64,000 nt of DNA from an uncultured candidate division Zixibacteria bacterium (GCA_963713865.1 OY970208.1:1664001-1728000); one strand, 5' to 3'; numbered from the stretch's first letter, positions 43,268 to 54,497 are shown. A program made the numbers and translations. Notes: generated from the letters alone by a model not told the origin.

Positions 43268-44875
43268 TTACATCCTGAAAATCCCATATTTAGTCTCTGG
43301 GATAGGTTCATTCAGAGCCATAGAGATTCCTAAAGCTAATGCAGTTCTGGTCTCGACTGGGTCGACTATACCATCATCCCATAACCTGGCAGTGCTGTAA
43401 TAAGGGCTGGATTCCTCTTCGTATTTTTTCAAAATCGGCTCTTTGAATTTCTCTTGCTCCTCCTCGGTCATCTTAATCCCTTTAGCTTCCAAGGTTCTCA
43501 TCCTTACGGTTAATAAAACATTTGCCGCCTGATCCCCTCCCATCACGCAGATTTTGGCATTGGGCCACATCCATAAAAGACGCGGGTTATAAGCCCTTCC
43601 GCACATCCCGTAATTTCCAGCACCATAGGAACCGCCAACAATTACCGTGAATTTTGGCACATCTGCATTGGCAACTGCATGCACCATCTTGGCTCCATCT
43701 TTGGCAATTCCGCCGTGCTCATATTGTTTGCCGACAATAAACCCGGTGATATTCTGCAAGAATATCAAAGGGATTTTTCTCATAGTGCAAAGGGTGATAA
43801 AATGTGCAGCTTTAACTGAGCTTTCGGAGAATAGAACACCATTATTAGCTAAAATTCCCACGGGATAACCCATTATCTTAGCAAAGCCTGTGACAATCGT
43901 AGGTCCATAAAGCTCCTTGAACTCCTGGAACTTACTCCCGTCCACTATGCGGGCGATAATCTCCCTCTGGTCATAAGGTTTTCTTATGTCACGAGGTATA
44001 ACCCCGTATATTTCTTTTGGGTCATAATAAGGTTCTTCAGGTTCCTTTGTATCCAGCTCAAATTTTTTGGGGTGATCTAAATTCTCGATTATATTTCTGG
44101 TAATCTCTATGGCATGTTCATCATTTAAAGCATAGTGGTCTGCTACACCTGAAATCCGGCAGTGAACATCAGCCCCGCCTAATTCCTCATCGGTGACTTC
44201 CTCTCCGGTTGCGGCTTTGACCAGAGGAGGACCTCCGATGAAAATAGTTCCCTGTTTTTTTACTATTACCGCCTCATCGCTCATCGCCGGGACATAAGCT
44301 CCTCCTGCAGTGCAGGAACCTAAGACCACTGCTATCTGGGGAATTCCCAAGGCAGAAAGTCTTGCCTGGTTATAAAAGATTTTGCCAAAATGGTTTTTGT
44401 CCGGGAAGGTTCCGGATTGATATGGTAAGAAAATCCCGCCAGAATCGACTAAGTAAACGCAGGGGAGATGGTTCTGCTCTGCTATTTCCTGAGCGCGAAC
44501 ATGTTTTTTTATGGTAGAGGGGAAATAGGTTCCGCCCTTGACTGTGGCATCATTTGCCACAATCAGAACCTCTCTTCCGTGAACCACACCCACTCCGGTT
44601 ATTATTCCTGAGCTTGGAGGTTCTTCCTCATACATTTTATAACCAGCTAAATGGGAGAACTCCAAAAAAGGAGTATTTTTATCGAAGAGAAGATTTAATC
44701 TTTCCCTGGGTAGAAGTTTTCCTCTGGCTTTATGTCTTGCCTTATCTTTGGCAGAGCCACCCTCCTTAATCTTGGCTAAAACCTCCTTATACTCATCCAC
44801 CACCCTCTGCATGGCGTCAAGATTGGCTTTGAATTCTAAGGAACTGGTATCGATTTTTGATTCTATACGGAACAT
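43268..44875 (-). CDS. liuB: 3-methylcrotonyl-CoA carboxylase carboxyltransferase subunit
   Basis: [54 protein letters not shown]-terminal GIFRM. Confidence 0.93.
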   Translation of the reverse strand: MFRIESKIDTSSLEFKANLDAMQRVVDEYKEVLAKIKEGGSAKDKARHKARGKLLPRERLNLLFDKNTPFLEFSHLAGYKMYEEEPPSSGIITGVGVVHGREVLIVANDATVKGGTYFPSTIKKHVRAQEIAEQNHLPCVYLVDSGGIFLPYQSGTFPDKNHFGKIFYNQARLSALGIPQIAVVLGSCTAGGAYVPAMSDEAVIVKKQGTIFIGGPPLVKAATGEEVTDEELGGADVHCRISGVADHYALNDEHAIEITRNIIENLDHPKKFELDTKEPEEPYYDPKEIYGVIPRDIRKPYDQREIIARIVDGSKFQEFKELYGPTIVTGFAKIMGYPVGILANNGVLFSESSVKAAHFITLCTMRKIPLIFLQNITGFIVGKQYEHGGIAKDGAKMVHAVANADVPKFTVIVGGSYGAGNYGMCGRAYNPRLLWMWPNAKICVMGGDQAANVLLTVRMRTLEAKGIKMTEEEQEKFKEPILKKYEEESSPYYSTARLWDDGIVDPVETRTALALGISMALNEPIPETKYGIFRM

Positions 44876-44902
44876 TTTTTACCTTTACCTTAGTTATATT
44901 TC

Positions 44903-45021
44903 GTAGTGCGACCCTTTTCCTATTAACGGATCCGAAGCAAGCCCCCGTAGGGTATGATATGGTCGTATTGCCCTACGGGCGCTACTTTTTAAATACGTCC
45001 GACAGAAACGTCAGACGTTAC
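44903..45021. repeat. REP-like cluster with nested palindromes
   Basis: GTAGTGCGACCCTTTTCC..ACGGATCCG..GCCCTACGGGCGCTAC; CGTCCGAC..GTCAGACGTTAC. Confidence 0.75.
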
Positions 45022-45056
45022 GTCTCCAAACTCCAAACGAACAAGCTTCAAACTTT

Positions 45057-45446
45057 TTACACCGGCACGCATTTATACCCGTAACAGATAATCCCGGCTT
45101 CGCCTTCCTGGAAGATTTTCCGGAACTCGATTCTCACCGGCATCCCGATCTCCAATTTGTCAAAATCGCAGTCTGCTACCTGGGATAAAATCTTAACTCC
45201 CTCATTTAGTTCCACTATTCCCATGGCATAAGGAGTCTGATCTGTGAATTGACTGGGCGCTACCCGGATTACGGTATAGGTAAGAAGCTTGCCTTCTTTT
45301 TGTAAATTAATCTTCTCGAATTCTCTGGATTTACAACCATCGCAGATTAATCTTGGCGGAAAGAATATCTTACCGCATTTTTTGCATTTCCCAGCCTCTA
45401 ATCTATATCTCTGAGGGATTTCCCTCCAGTATTTTGGCGATGACAT
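45057..45446 (-). CDS. DUF35 Zn-ribbon/OB-fold scaffold protein
   Basis: CKKC..FFPPR..CDGC plus OB fold; start overlaps the thiolase stop. Confidence 0.93.
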   Translation of the reverse strand: MSSPKYWREIPQRYRLEAGKCKKCGKIFFPPRLICDGCKSREFEKINLQKEGKLLTYTVIRVAPSQFTDQTPYAMGIVELNEGVKILSQVADCDFDKLEIGMPVRIEFRKIFQEGEAGIICYGYKCVPV

Positions 45447-46603
45447 TATACCACCTCCATTATATGAACAATGCTGCTTCCCCCGCTTCCTCCCATATTC
45501 TGGGTCAAGCCGATTTTGGCATTTTTGACCTGTCTTTCACCAGCATCACCCCTGAGCTGTTTTACTATCTCGATTGCCTGGGCAACTCCGGTTGCTCCAA
45601 CTGGATGACCTTTCGATTTTAGTCCGCCAGAAGTATTAACCGGTATCTTTCCACCGAGAGTGGTTAACCCGTGCTCGGTTTCGGGACCGCCTTTTCCTTT
45701 TTCCACAAAACCTAACGCCTCGATCACGCAGATCTCCGCAATAGTGAAACAGTCGTGAACCTCTGCTAAATCTATCTCTTCTGGTCTTTTGCCTGACATA
45801 TCATAAGCGATTTTTGCGGCTCGCTCAGTTGATTTAATCTCAGTTAAATCATTCCGGCTGTGAAGAGCAATAGTATCTGTGGCATGGCCTATACCGATTA
45901 TTTTGACAACTGGTTTTTTAGAAATCTTCTTAGCTAAATCCAGGGGTGCTAAAATTACTGCAGCGGCTCCATCGGTTATAGGAGAGCAGTCTAAAATTCT
46001 TAACGGATCTGCTACCATGACCGAGTCCAGAACCTCCTCTAAAGTTATCTTCTGAGGATATTGAGACAGGGGGTTCATTGAGCCGTGATAATGGTTTTTC
46101 ACCGCGACCTGAGCAAGCTGTTTTCTTGTGGTTCCATATTTCTGCATATGGGCACGCGCCATCAAAGCATAAAGTCCAGGAAAAGTTATTCCCTGATAGA
46201 CCTCATATTCCTGGTCTGCGGCAGTGGAGAGGGCAAAAGTAGCGCCAGCTACTGAAACGTCGGTCATCTTCTCCACACCTCCCACTAAAACTATATCGTT
46301 TAATCCTGAGGCAACCTCGATAAATCCTGTTTTCAAAGCTAATCCTCCGGATGCGCAGGCAGATTCAACCCTGGTAGCTGGAATTTGTCCCATTCCCAAA
46401 TAATCAGATAAAAGAGAGGAGAGGTGCTCCTGATCCACAAAAAGACCCGAGGACATACATCCAACATACATAGAGTCGATATGGTCAACACCCGCATCTT
46501 CAATTGCCAGTAAAGCCGCCTCAGTGAATATGTCCCTTAAAGATTTTTCCCATAACTCCCCCCATTTATTCATTCCCACACCGATTATTGCGACGTCTCT
46601 CAT
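45446..46603 (-). CDS. Archaeal-type acetoacetyl-CoA thiolase
   Basis: [45 protein letters not shown]. Confidence 0.92.
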   Translation of the reverse strand: MRDVAIIGVGMNKWGELWEKSLRDIFTEAALLAIEDAGVDHIDSMYVGCMSSGLFVDQEHLSSLLSDYLGMGQIPATRVESACASGGLALKTGFIEVASGLNDIVLVGGVEKMTDVSVAGATFALSTAADQEYEVYQGITFPGLYALMARAHMQKYGTTRKQLAQVAVKNHYHGSMNPLSQYPQKITLEEVLDSVMVADPLRILDCSPITDGAAAVILAPLDLAKKISKKPVVKIIGIGHATDTIALHSRNDLTEIKSTERAAKIAYDMSGKRPEEIDLAEVHDCFTIAEICVIEALGFVEKGKGGPETEHGLTTLGGKIPVNTSGGLKSKGHPVGATGVAQAIEIVKQLRGDAGERQVKNAKIGLTQNMGGSGGSSIVHIMEVV

Positions 46604-46611
46604 TTTCTCTC

Positions 46612-47658
46612 CTATTCCCCTTTCCTGATTTTTCCGCGGTATTTAGCGTAAGTCCCGTATTCCACATAGCTTTTATTATTGTTCAGCATATCTCTGGTCT
46701 TAATCGCTTTGTCCCTGACCTGGTTTATCCTCTCAGTCACCCTCCAGACAAAAGCATCACTTCCTGCACCTGAGCCATAAGAGACCATAAAAATTAAATC
46801 ATCTGGTTTGGCTTCATCTAAAATCGCAGTTAATCCCATAGGGGAGGAACCTGAATAAGTATTTCCCAGTTTCGGACACAAAAGACCTGTTTCCATCTGT
46901 TCCTTTTCAAACCCTAAGAGCTTACCTACCTTCACAGGAAATTTTCCATTGGGCTGGTGAAAAACCGCATACTGGAAATCCTTAGGCTTCATTTTTAATT
47001 TCTCTAACATCCCTTTTCCCGCGCCTAAGATATGTTTGAAATAAGCCGGGTCACCGGTAAATCTGGAGGCATGTCTGGGATAGAATTGATACTCTCTTCT
47101 CCAGAAATCCGGGGTATCGGTCATATAGGAATAGGTATCAACTGCCTCAGCGATAATATTGTCCTTCCCCATAATGAAAGCTGCAGCTCCGGCCGCAGCG
47201 GTATATTCTAATGCATCCCCGGGTGCTCCCTGAGAAGTATCTGCTCCAACTGCCAAGCCATATTCGATTGAGCCGGATCCGACCAAACCCAGGCAGACGA
47301 ACATCGCTTCAGTCCCAGCTTTGCAGGCAAATTCAAAATCTGCGCAGTGAACGTCCGGAGTGGCTCCGATGGCTTCTCCTACCACTGTTCCGCTTGGTTT
47401 TACTGCATAAGGATGTGATTCTGAGCCTACATAAACCGCCCCAATTTTTTTAGGGTCAATCTGTGCCCGTTTCAAAGCACTAAAAGCGGCTTCGACTGAC
47501 ATAGTGATAGTGTCCTGATCTGGAGCGGGGACAGATTTTTCTTCCACACTAAGCCCCTTTTTATAGGCTTGTGCATCAGCACCCCAGACTTTGGCGATCT
47601 CTTCCACCTTTATCCTGTGTCTGGGGATATATGCCCCGTATCCTGTGATTCCAACCAT
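46612..47658 (-). CDS. Archaeal-type hydroxymethylglutaryl-CoA synthase
   Basis: 348 aa; [51 protein letters not shown]. Confidence 0.94.
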   Translation of the reverse strand: MVGITGYGAYIPRHRIKVEEIAKVWGADAQAYKKGLSVEEKSVPAPDQDTITMSVEAAFSALKRAQIDPKKIGAVYVGSESHPYAVKPSGTVVGEAIGATPDVHCADFEFACKAGTEAMFVCLGLVGSGSIEYGLAVGADTSQGAPGDALEYTAAAGAAAFIMGKDNIIAEAVDTYSYMTDTPDFWRREYQFYPRHASRFTGDPAYFKHILGAGKGMLEKLKMKPKDFQYAVFHQPNGKFPVKVGKLLGFEKEQMETGLLCPKLGNTYSGSSPMGLTAILDEAKPDDLIFMVSYGSGAGSDAFVWRVTERINQVRDKAIKTRDMLNNNKSYVEYGTYAKYRGKIRKGE

Positions 47659-47698
47659 AGATTACCCTCGCTTTCTTTTTATTTTCAAAAGGAAAAGT

Positions 47699-47728
47699 AT
47701 TATACTAAATAAACATGGAAAAAGTCAA
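47699..47728 (-). promoter_or_regulatory. Putative sigma70 promoter of the HMG-CoA synthase-led operon
   Basis: TTGACT-N18-TATAAT on the - strand, 40 nt upstream of the ATG. Confidence 0.55.
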
Positions 47729-48141
47729 GATTTTTTGACAGAATATTTTTTAAAAATTTCGGGAATCTAGATTTTGAGAAAACCCAGGTGACTTTCAATG
47801 TAAATTCGCAGTGCAACGAGTCACTGCGAATTTCTTCTTAAAAGAAGAGATAATATGACCTTATCCTGTCCCTTTCCTAAGAGGAGAGGAAACTGTAGAT
47901 TGTAGAATCGGGTTTTATACCTGACGTTAATTTCCCCCGTTGGGTCAGGGGACCCGACGGTCACAGTAAAACATCCATGGGGATGCACTCCATAGTCAAC
48001 TCCTGCCTGAATTAAGAGCGGAGGATTTAGAGTTATAGAGACCAGTAGAATCATTAGAGATTACATTCTCTTCACGGAAGTAAATTATATTTATCTACTT
48101 CATGAAATTGAGAAATCAGCAGATATTAAGCTATTTTTTAA

Positions 48142-48170
48142 TTGACAACCATCATTAAGAATATTAACTT
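48142..48170 (+). promoter_or_regulatory. Putative sigma70 promoter for lapAB
   Basis: TTGACA-N17-TAACTT. Confidence 0.5.
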
Positions 48171-48239
48171 TTAAAAAATTTTATCGGGTTTTAGCACCAT
48201 AAATATCCAAATCTGGATACGGAGGAAAGGAGGTAATCT

Positions 48240-48542
48240 ATGTGGGTTTTGAAGATACTTTTAATCCTGGCGATAATTATGATTTTAATTGGCTTCTCTA
48301 TATATAACTCCGGTGAATATGTCTCGGTCAATCTCTTCGGCTATCAATATTCTGGAGTGCCAATGATAATCGTAGCTTACTGGTCTTTAGTAATCGGGAT
48401 GTTCATCTCTTTCCTGTTAGGGGTATCTTATTACCTGCGAATTCAAGCAGAGCTAAGAGAACAAAGAAAAGAAAATGCAAGACTGACCGAGGAAATAACC
48501 ACTCTCAGAAATCTACCATTAGAAGAAGAAAAGATGGAATAA
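48240..48542 (+). CDS. lapA: LapA family (DUF1049) membrane protein
   Basis: Two TM segments and a C-terminal coiled coil (LRNLP); precedes a lapB-like gene. Confidence 0.8.
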   Translation: MWVLKILLILAIIMILIGFSIYNSGEYVSVNLFGYQYSGVPMIIVAYWSLVIGMFISFLLGVSYYLRIQAELREQRKENARLTEEITTLRNLPLEEEKME

Positions 48543-48610
48543 AATTTTAATAACGAATAGCTAATAGCGAATGACGAATATCTAACATCGAACAGCTAAG
48601 TGGAGGTAAC

Positions 48611-49762
48611 GTGAGCTCTTCTCATATCATTTCGATTTTTGCAGTTAGTTTGCTTATCTTGATTCTTATTGCTTACTTCCTGTCAAAATCTAAAAGAAAA
48701 GAAGCCAAGCCAGCTCAGAGGTTATATCTTGAAGCTTTAAGAGCTTTAGTCTCGGGGGATGATAAAGTAGCCTTTCAGAGATTTAAACAGGTGGTGACTG
48801 AGGATACAGACAATGTGGATGCTTATTTAAAATTAGGGGATCTTTTCCGCAAAAGAGGGCAGATCGAAAAAGCCCTCCAGGTTCATAATGAGCTTACTTT
48901 AAGGTATGGACTTTCGGATGAAACCCGGATTGAGATCCTCAAGAGCTTAGCGGAAGATTATTTAGAGGCAAAGGATTGGGAGAAGGGCGTTTCGATTTTG
49001 AATGATATTCTTAAATTAGATCATCATAATTTATGGGCGAAGAGAAATCTTTTAACCTGTTATGAAGGACTTTCTTCCTGGGAGGAGGCAACCAGGTTCA
49101 GAGAGGAATTAGCTAAAGATAAATCTGAAAAAGAGAGAAGTTACCCTGTTTTAGCTTTATACCAAGTATTTCAAGGGAATGAGCTTGCCGGAAAAGGGGA
49201 ATATCATAAAGCCAGACTTTGTTATAAAGGGGCATTAAACTACGACGATAAATGTGTACCAGCCTATCTTTATCTGGGGGAAGCCTATATTGCAGACCGG
49301 AGACCAGAGGATGCTATAACCTACTGGAGAAAGCTCTTAGAAATAGTACCGCAGAGTGGATATTTAATATTTGATCGGTTAGAAGAAACTTTATTTGAGA
49401 TTGGAAGTTATAGCGAGATGGCTGAAATCTATAACCGGCTCTTAAAAAACAATCCTAAAGATATAATAGCATTACAGGCTCTGGCAATTATCTACGAGAA
49501 AAAGGGTAGATTTGAAGTAGCACAGCAAAATTATAAAACTATCTTAGAGATAGACCCCAATTACCTGCCAGCACATCTTAATCTTATAAAAATTTACCAG
49601 GAAACCGGTCAACTTGACAAAGCTCAGATTGTAATAGATGAGCTTTCTACAAAATTAGGGAAAAGAGGGGAATTTTTCAGCTGTTCTAAATGCGGGCATA
49701 AGTCTGAAGAGCCTTTATGGAAATGCCCGAATTGTCTGGAATGGAATAGCTTTAATATCTAA
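48611..49762 (+). CDS. lapB: LPS assembly protein LapB-like (TM, TPRs, rubredoxin)
   Basis: N-terminal TM, LGDLFRKRG, TPRs, CSKCG...WKCPNC. Confidence 0.88.
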   Translation: MSSSHIISIFAVSLLILILIAYFLSKSKRKEAKPAQRLYLEALRALVSGDDKVAFQRFKQVVTEDTDNVDAYLKLGDLFRKRGQIEKALQVHNELTLRYGLSDETRIEILKSLAEDYLEAKDWEKGVSILNDILKLDHHNLWAKRNLLTCYEGLSSWEEATRFREELAKDKSEKERSYPVLALYQVFQGNELAGKGEYHKARLCYKGALNYDDKCVPAYLYLGEAYIADRRPEDAITYWRKLLEIVPQSGYLIFDRLEETLFEIGSYSEMAEIYNRLLKNNPKDIIALQALAIIYEKKGRFEVAQQNYKTILEIDPNYLPAHLNLIKIYQETGQLDKAQIVIDELSTKLGKRGEFFSCSKCGHKSEEPLWKCPNCLEWNSFNI

Positions 49763-49771
49763 TCTACTTAA

Positions 49772-50788
49772 ATGGACTTCAGGAATATACTTGCTGTAAT
49801 CAGAATATTATTATCGGGACTGATTTTGTTCTGTTCCTCCGCAGTCGGTCAGGGATTAAATACGGCCATCAGCTACTATAATCAGGGAGATTTCAAATCC
49901 GCTCAGGAAGAGTTGCGGAGTTATTTAGAATCAAATCCTTCTGATTTTGAAGCTTTATATTATGCGGGTAAATTAGAAGTGGATGCGGAAAAATCGGTTG
50001 AATATTTCAAAAAGGTCTGGAAAAACTCCTCCAAAGTTAAGAGAGAGGAGTCAGCTCTGGAACTCTGCTGGTATTATCAAGCCGAGGGATTAAACGATTC
50101 TCTATTTTCGTTTTGCTCTGAGTTTAAAAAAAGTTTTCTCCGGAGCGCTTTTTTACCACAGATATTGTGGTTGGAGAGCAAGACTTATTTATCTATTGGC
50201 AGAACGGACCAAGCTTTGAAAGGGTTTAAAAATATAGTTGATCTTTATCCTCTTTCTTTCTGGTCAGCCCTGGCGCAGCTGGGGTTGGGGGAGGTTTATT
50301 TTTCTCTGGGGGAATTCGATAAAAGCATAAAGGAATATAATAAGGTAATGGATGAATATGCAGAGACGGAAGCTTTTCCTTTGACTCTTGCAGAAATCTA
50401 TCGTTTGTTTGAGAGTTCTGGAGACAAAAATAAAGCAATTCTTTATTTGAACCTTTATAAGGAGAAATTCCCGGAAGGGATAGATACAGAAAGTCAGATT
50501 TTAACTGAAGATATTATTCCAGAAAAAAAATCAGGTGACGCAGAGAAATTAACCGGGACAAAATATACTGTGCAAATAGGTGTGTTCTCCAATAAGGTAA
50601 ACGCAGCTAAGATCATGAAAGAATTGAAATCCAGAGGATACAAGCCAGAGCAGAATTATAAGACAATTCAAACTAAGAAGTATAGTGTGATTCAGGTTGG
50701 CGCTTTTGATTCCCTGTCAGAGGCTCAAAAACTAAGGGAGAAACTGGAGAAGGAAATGGGGGAAGTTTATAATATCGTGATCAAGTAA
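49772..50788 (+). CDS. Exported TPR and SPOR domain protein
   Basis: Signal peptide, TPRs, YTVQIGVFS...NA SPOR motif. Confidence 0.82.
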   Translation: MDFRNILAVIRILLSGLILFCSSAVGQGLNTAISYYNQGDFKSAQEELRSYLESNPSDFEALYYAGKLEVDAEKSVEYFKKVWKNSSKVKREESALELCWYYQAEGLNDSLFSFCSEFKKSFLRSAFLPQILWLESKTYLSIGRTDQALKGFKNIVDLYPLSFWSALAQLGLGEVYFSLGEFDKSIKEYNKVMDEYAETEAFPLTLAEIYRLFESSGDKNKAILYLNLYKEKFPEGIDTESQILTEDIIPEKKSGDAEKLTGTKYTVQIGVFSNKVNAAKIMKELKSRGYKPEQNYKTIQTKKYSVIQVGAFDSLSEAQKLREKLEKEMGEVYNIVIK

Positions 50789-50836
50789 CATTTTTTGAAA
50801 TATAACCTGCCCCAAAATCTTTTCAAGCTATAAAAG

Positions 50837-53440
50837 ATGGAAAATTTCTCGACCCCTTTGATGGAACAATATAATCGGATTAAAAGCCAGCATCCGGATG
50901 AGATCATTTTTTTCCGAATGGGGGATTTCTATGAGATGTTCGGTGAAGATGCCAAAATTGCCTCCAGGATCCTGGGAATAGCCTTAACTTCCAGAGCACA
51001 TGGTAAGATGGAAAGAGTTCCCTTGGCTGGAGTGCCTTATCATTCAGCAGAAAAATATCTGACTAAATTATTAAAAGCCGGGAAAAAGGTGGTGGTATGT
51101 GAACAAACTGAAGACCCAAGAAAAGCCAAGGGATTAGTGAAAAGGGAAATCGTAGAGATAATCACTCCCGGAACTATTACTCTGGATCAAGCTCTGGATA
51201 GTCAGGAGAATAACTACCTGGTTAGTCTTTTCGAGAGTAAGGAAAAATATGGATTGGGTTTAATTGACCTTTCTACGGGCGAGTTTAAAATAGATGAAGT
51301 TTTCCCGGAGAAACTTTCGGAGATGCTGAACACTCTTGCTCCTTCAGAAATATTAGTTCCGGAGGAATGGGAACAGAATAAAAAAGAGAATTTGAAAAAT
51401 GGAATAAATTTTAATTTCACTTTAACTCCCCTGGAAAGCTGGAAATTCTCCTATGATTTTGCTTTTAGACTATTAACCGAACATTTCAGGACCTCCTCCT
51501 TAGAAGGATTCGGTGTCCAGGACTTGAAATTGGGTATCTGCTCAGCCGGGGCAATTTTATCTTATCTGAATCAAACCAAAAAGACCTTTATCTTGCATAT
51601 AAATAATATCTCGAAAATTTTTAACTCTGAGGAGATGTTCTTAGATACAAATACTATTCGCAATCTGGAATTGCTTTCTTCTCTTTCGACCAGGGATAAA
51701 GAAAACACCCTTTTTTCTCTTATAAACAGGACAAAAACACCTATGGGCACCAGGCTTTTGAAAAACTGGGTCATAAAACCTCTTTTGAATTTACAGAAGA
51801 TAAAAGAACGCCAGGAGGGGATTAAAGAGTTTTTTGATAATAAAAACTTATTCGATGAAATAGAAAAGAAATTAGAATCTATTTCTGATTTAGAAAGGCT
51901 AAGTGGCAAGTTAGGTTATGGAAAAGCTAATCCAAAAGACCTCATAGGCATAAAAGAATCATTTAAAGTAATGCCTGAAATCAAAAATGTTCTGGGAAAT
52001 GTAAGCTCTTTCATCCTTAAAGAGATCATTAAGGCTATCCCAGAAATTTCAGATATAGTAAATCTCATTGAGCATTCCATGGTTGAAGATCCTCCTCTGA
52101 TTTTGACTGAAGGCGGGATTATCAAGAAAGGTTATGACCAGGAACTGGATGCTCTTAAGAAAGATGTCTCTGATAATAAAAACTGGATTGCTCATTTAGA
52201 GAAAAATGAAAAGGAGAGAACTGGTATTCCATCTTTGAAGGTTGGGTTTAATCAGATATTTGGATATTATATTGAGGTTACCCGGCATCATCTATCAAAG
52301 GTGCCTTTAGATTATATAAGAAAACAGACGATGGTCAATGCAGAAAGGTTTGTAACGCCTGAGCTAAAGGAGAGAGAAGCAAAGATAGTTGGCGCTGAAG
52401 AGAAAATCTTTCAAATGGAATATGAGCTTTTTCTCAAGGTGAGGGACCAGGTTGCCAGAAGAACAAAGGACATTCAACTTTGCGCAGAGATAATTGCCCG
52501 GCTGGATTTACTCTTATCATTTTCCAAAGTGGCAAAAGAAAATGATTATATTCTTCCTGAGGTAGAGAATGGAGATGAAATTATTATTGAAGAGGGGAGA
52601 CATCCAGTTATCGAGCAGGTTCTGGATTACGGGACATTTATCCCCAATGATACTAAAATAGGTGAGGATGAAAGGATTCATATCATCACCGGGCCAAATA
52701 TGGCTGGGAAATCTACTTATCTACGTCAGGTTGGTCTTTTAGTCCTTTTAGCTCAGATCGGCTCCTTTATTCCAGCGAAAAAAGCTAAAATCGGAATTGT
52801 TGACCGCATTTTTACGCGGGTAGGAGCTATGGATAATATCGCTTTAGGACAGAGCACTTTCTTAGTTGAAATGAACGAGACTGCTAATATCTTAAATAAC
52901 GCCACCTCAAAAAGTCTTATCCTCTTAGATGAGATCGGCAGAGGAACTTCTACTTTTGATGGGCTTTCCATAGCCTGGGCTGTAACCGAATATCTGCATA
53001 ATAGTGAGAAAGTCTGTGCCAAGACATTATTTACCACCCATTATCATGAGTTGACTGAACTGGCAAAGTTTTTGCCCAAGGTTAGAAATTATAATGTAGC
53101 GGTTAAAGAATGGGAAGATGAGATCATCTTTTTGAGGAAGATAATCCCTGGAGGGTGTGACGATAGCTATGGCATTCAGGTAGCGCGTTTAGCCGGGATA
53201 CCAAAAATCGTTTTGGAAAGAGCCAAAGAGATTTTAGCTGAATTAGAATCGGGCGAGCTTTCCTATGAGAAACTTCCCAGACCTGAAACAGGACAGCTAA
53301 TTAAAGATTTTCAGTTGAGCTTTTTCTCGCCTAAAGAGAGCTTGATTTGTGATGAGCTCAAGAAACTTGAGATCGAGAAATTAACTCCCCTGGAAGCGTT
53401 GAATAAGTTAGAAGAGCTGAAGAAAAAATTAAAGAAATAA
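50837..53440 (+). CDS. mutS: DNA mismatch repair protein MutS
   Basis: TPLMEQY, GDFYEMF, TGPNMAGKST, STFLVEM, DEIGRGTST, SYGIQVA. Confidence 0.98.
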   Translation: MENFSTPLMEQYNRIKSQHPDEIIFFRMGDFYEMFGEDAKIASRILGIALTSRAHGKMERVPLAGVPYHSAEKYLTKLLKAGKKVVVCEQTEDPRKAKGLVKREIVEIITPGTITLDQALDSQENNYLVSLFESKEKYGLGLIDLSTGEFKIDEVFPEKLSEMLNTLAPSEILVPEEWEQNKKENLKNGINFNFTLTPLESWKFSYDFAFRLLTEHFRTSSLEGFGVQDLKLGICSAGAILSYLNQTKKTFILHINNISKIFNSEEMFLDTNTIRNLELLSSLSTRDKENTLFSLINRTKTPMGTRLLKNWVIKPLLNLQKIKERQEGIKEFFDNKNLFDEIEKKLESISDLERLSGKLGYGKANPKDLIGIKESFKVMPEIKNVLGNVSSFILKEIIKAIPEISDIVNLIEHSMVEDPPLILTEGGIIKKGYDQELDALKKDVSDNKNWIAHLEKNEKERTGIPSLKVGFNQIFGYYIEVTRHHLSKVPLDYIRKQTMVNAERFVTPELKEREAKIVGAEEKIFQMEYELFLKVRDQVARRTKDIQLCAEIIARLDLLLSFSKVAKENDYILPEVENGDEIIIEEGRHPVIEQVLDYGTFIPNDTKIGEDERIHIITGPNMAGKSTYLRQVGLLVLLAQIGSFIPAKKAKIGIVDRIFTRVGAMDNIALGQSTFLVEMNETANILNNATSKSLILLDEIGRGTSTFDGLSIAWAVTEYLHNSEKVCAKTLFTTHYHELTELAKFLPKVRNYNVAVKEWEDEIIFLRKIIPGGCDDSYGIQVARLAGIPKIVLERAKEILAELESGELSYEKLPRPETGQLIKDFQLSFFSPKESLICDELKKLEIEKLTPLEALNKLEELKKKLKK

Positions 53441-53669
53441 TAGTAGACAGTAGACAGGGAAAAGGTGATAGGTTATAGGTATTGGGATTTTTTGTTCGTG
53501 CAGGTATTGTCATCAAGGCTTAGTCAAAGACTAAGGAATTCCCGCACGGTTTGGTTCAGGTCACCAGGATTCCTCCTTTGGCGGAAAAATCCAATTCCCA
53601 AACCATCTGAGACGCATGCAATGCGTCTCTACAACTCCAGAAAAAATCGAACTTTTTTTTATCGAACTA

Positions 53670-53698
53670 TTGACAAGATAGAATGCATATATTATAAT
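53670..53698 (+). promoter_or_regulatory. Consensus sigma70 promoter
   Basis: Perfect TTGACA-N17-TATAAT upstream of the OMP gene. Confidence 0.8.
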
Positions 53699-53743
53699 CA
53701 AAAAGTTTTAGTTAACCTTTAACCTTTTTTGAAGGAGATTAAG

Positions 53744-54385
53744 ATGAGAAAGTTTAAAATCGTTATACTGATAGTCTTGGGTTTGTCATTCTCTGTTGCA
53801 TCAGCTCAGGCTCAATTCCTGGGTCAGCTTTCTACTGCACGGACTCTGCCTGTAGGTCAATATGATTTAGGGGGGTATTTCGGTGTATATCAGGATGCTT
53901 TCGCCTTCTTCGGACAGTTTAGAGGCGGAGTAGCAGATTATTTTGATTTAGGTATGAAGTTAGGGTTGATCAGTTTTGATCCGGGTGGAGAAGGAATCAT
54001 CTTAAGCGGAGATTTTAAGTATCAGCTTTTAGACGTCAAGCAGAAGGATCCTTTTGATCTTTCTATTGGGGCCGGATTAGAATTCTCCAGTGTTAGCGAT
54101 TTCAATACCTTCTCTTTTGGGGCAAATTTCTGTGGTTCTTATGATTTTGCTTTAAGTAAGGGAAGGGTGATTTCGCCTTACGCTCGAATGAATTTGAGAA
54201 GTCAAAGGGAGCATGTTGAAGGAGGGCCTCACTGGCTCGATCATGATTTTACGAATACAGATTTCAAGGTAGGGATTAATCCGGGTGTAAGTCTAAAGGT
54301 ATCTACTAATTTTCAAATATTAGGAGAACTGCAGTTTGACGAGAATTTTGGGTTCATTGGAGGAGTAACCTATACTTTTTATTAA
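53744..54385 (+). CDS. Outer-membrane beta-barrel protein
   Basis: AAGGAG RBS, signal peptide ending ASAQA, amphipathic strands, aromatic C-terminus GVTYTFY. Confidence 0.75.
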   Translation: MRKFKIVILIVLGLSFSVASAQAQFLGQLSTARTLPVGQYDLGGYFGVYQDAFAFFGQFRGGVADYFDLGMKLGLISFDPGGEGIILSGDFKYQLLDVKQKDPFDLSIGAGLEFSSVSDFNTFSFGANFCGSYDFALSKGRVISPYARMNLRSQREHVEGGPHWLDHDFTNTDFKVGINPGVSLKVSTNFQILGELQFDENFGFIGGVTYTFY

Positions 54386-54497
54386 TCTAAAATAAATCCA
54401 TTTTTGGCAAAGCTCTGGTTTTTACAAGTTATTCTTGACCACCAGAGCTTTTCGTTTTATTTATCTAAGAGTATTGAAGAAGAAAGGAGAATTTTGA

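Noticed and set aside
47800-48060. Hairpin-rich intergenic region as 6S RNA or riboswitch; 77-aa minus ORF
   Set aside because: The hairpins are short and partly match the GTAG REP family; I see no long 6S-like rod or riboswitch consensus, and the ORF has no motif.
53465-53722. 85-aa ORF after mutS
   Set aside because: Composed of tandem repeats, REP hairpins and the consensus promoter.
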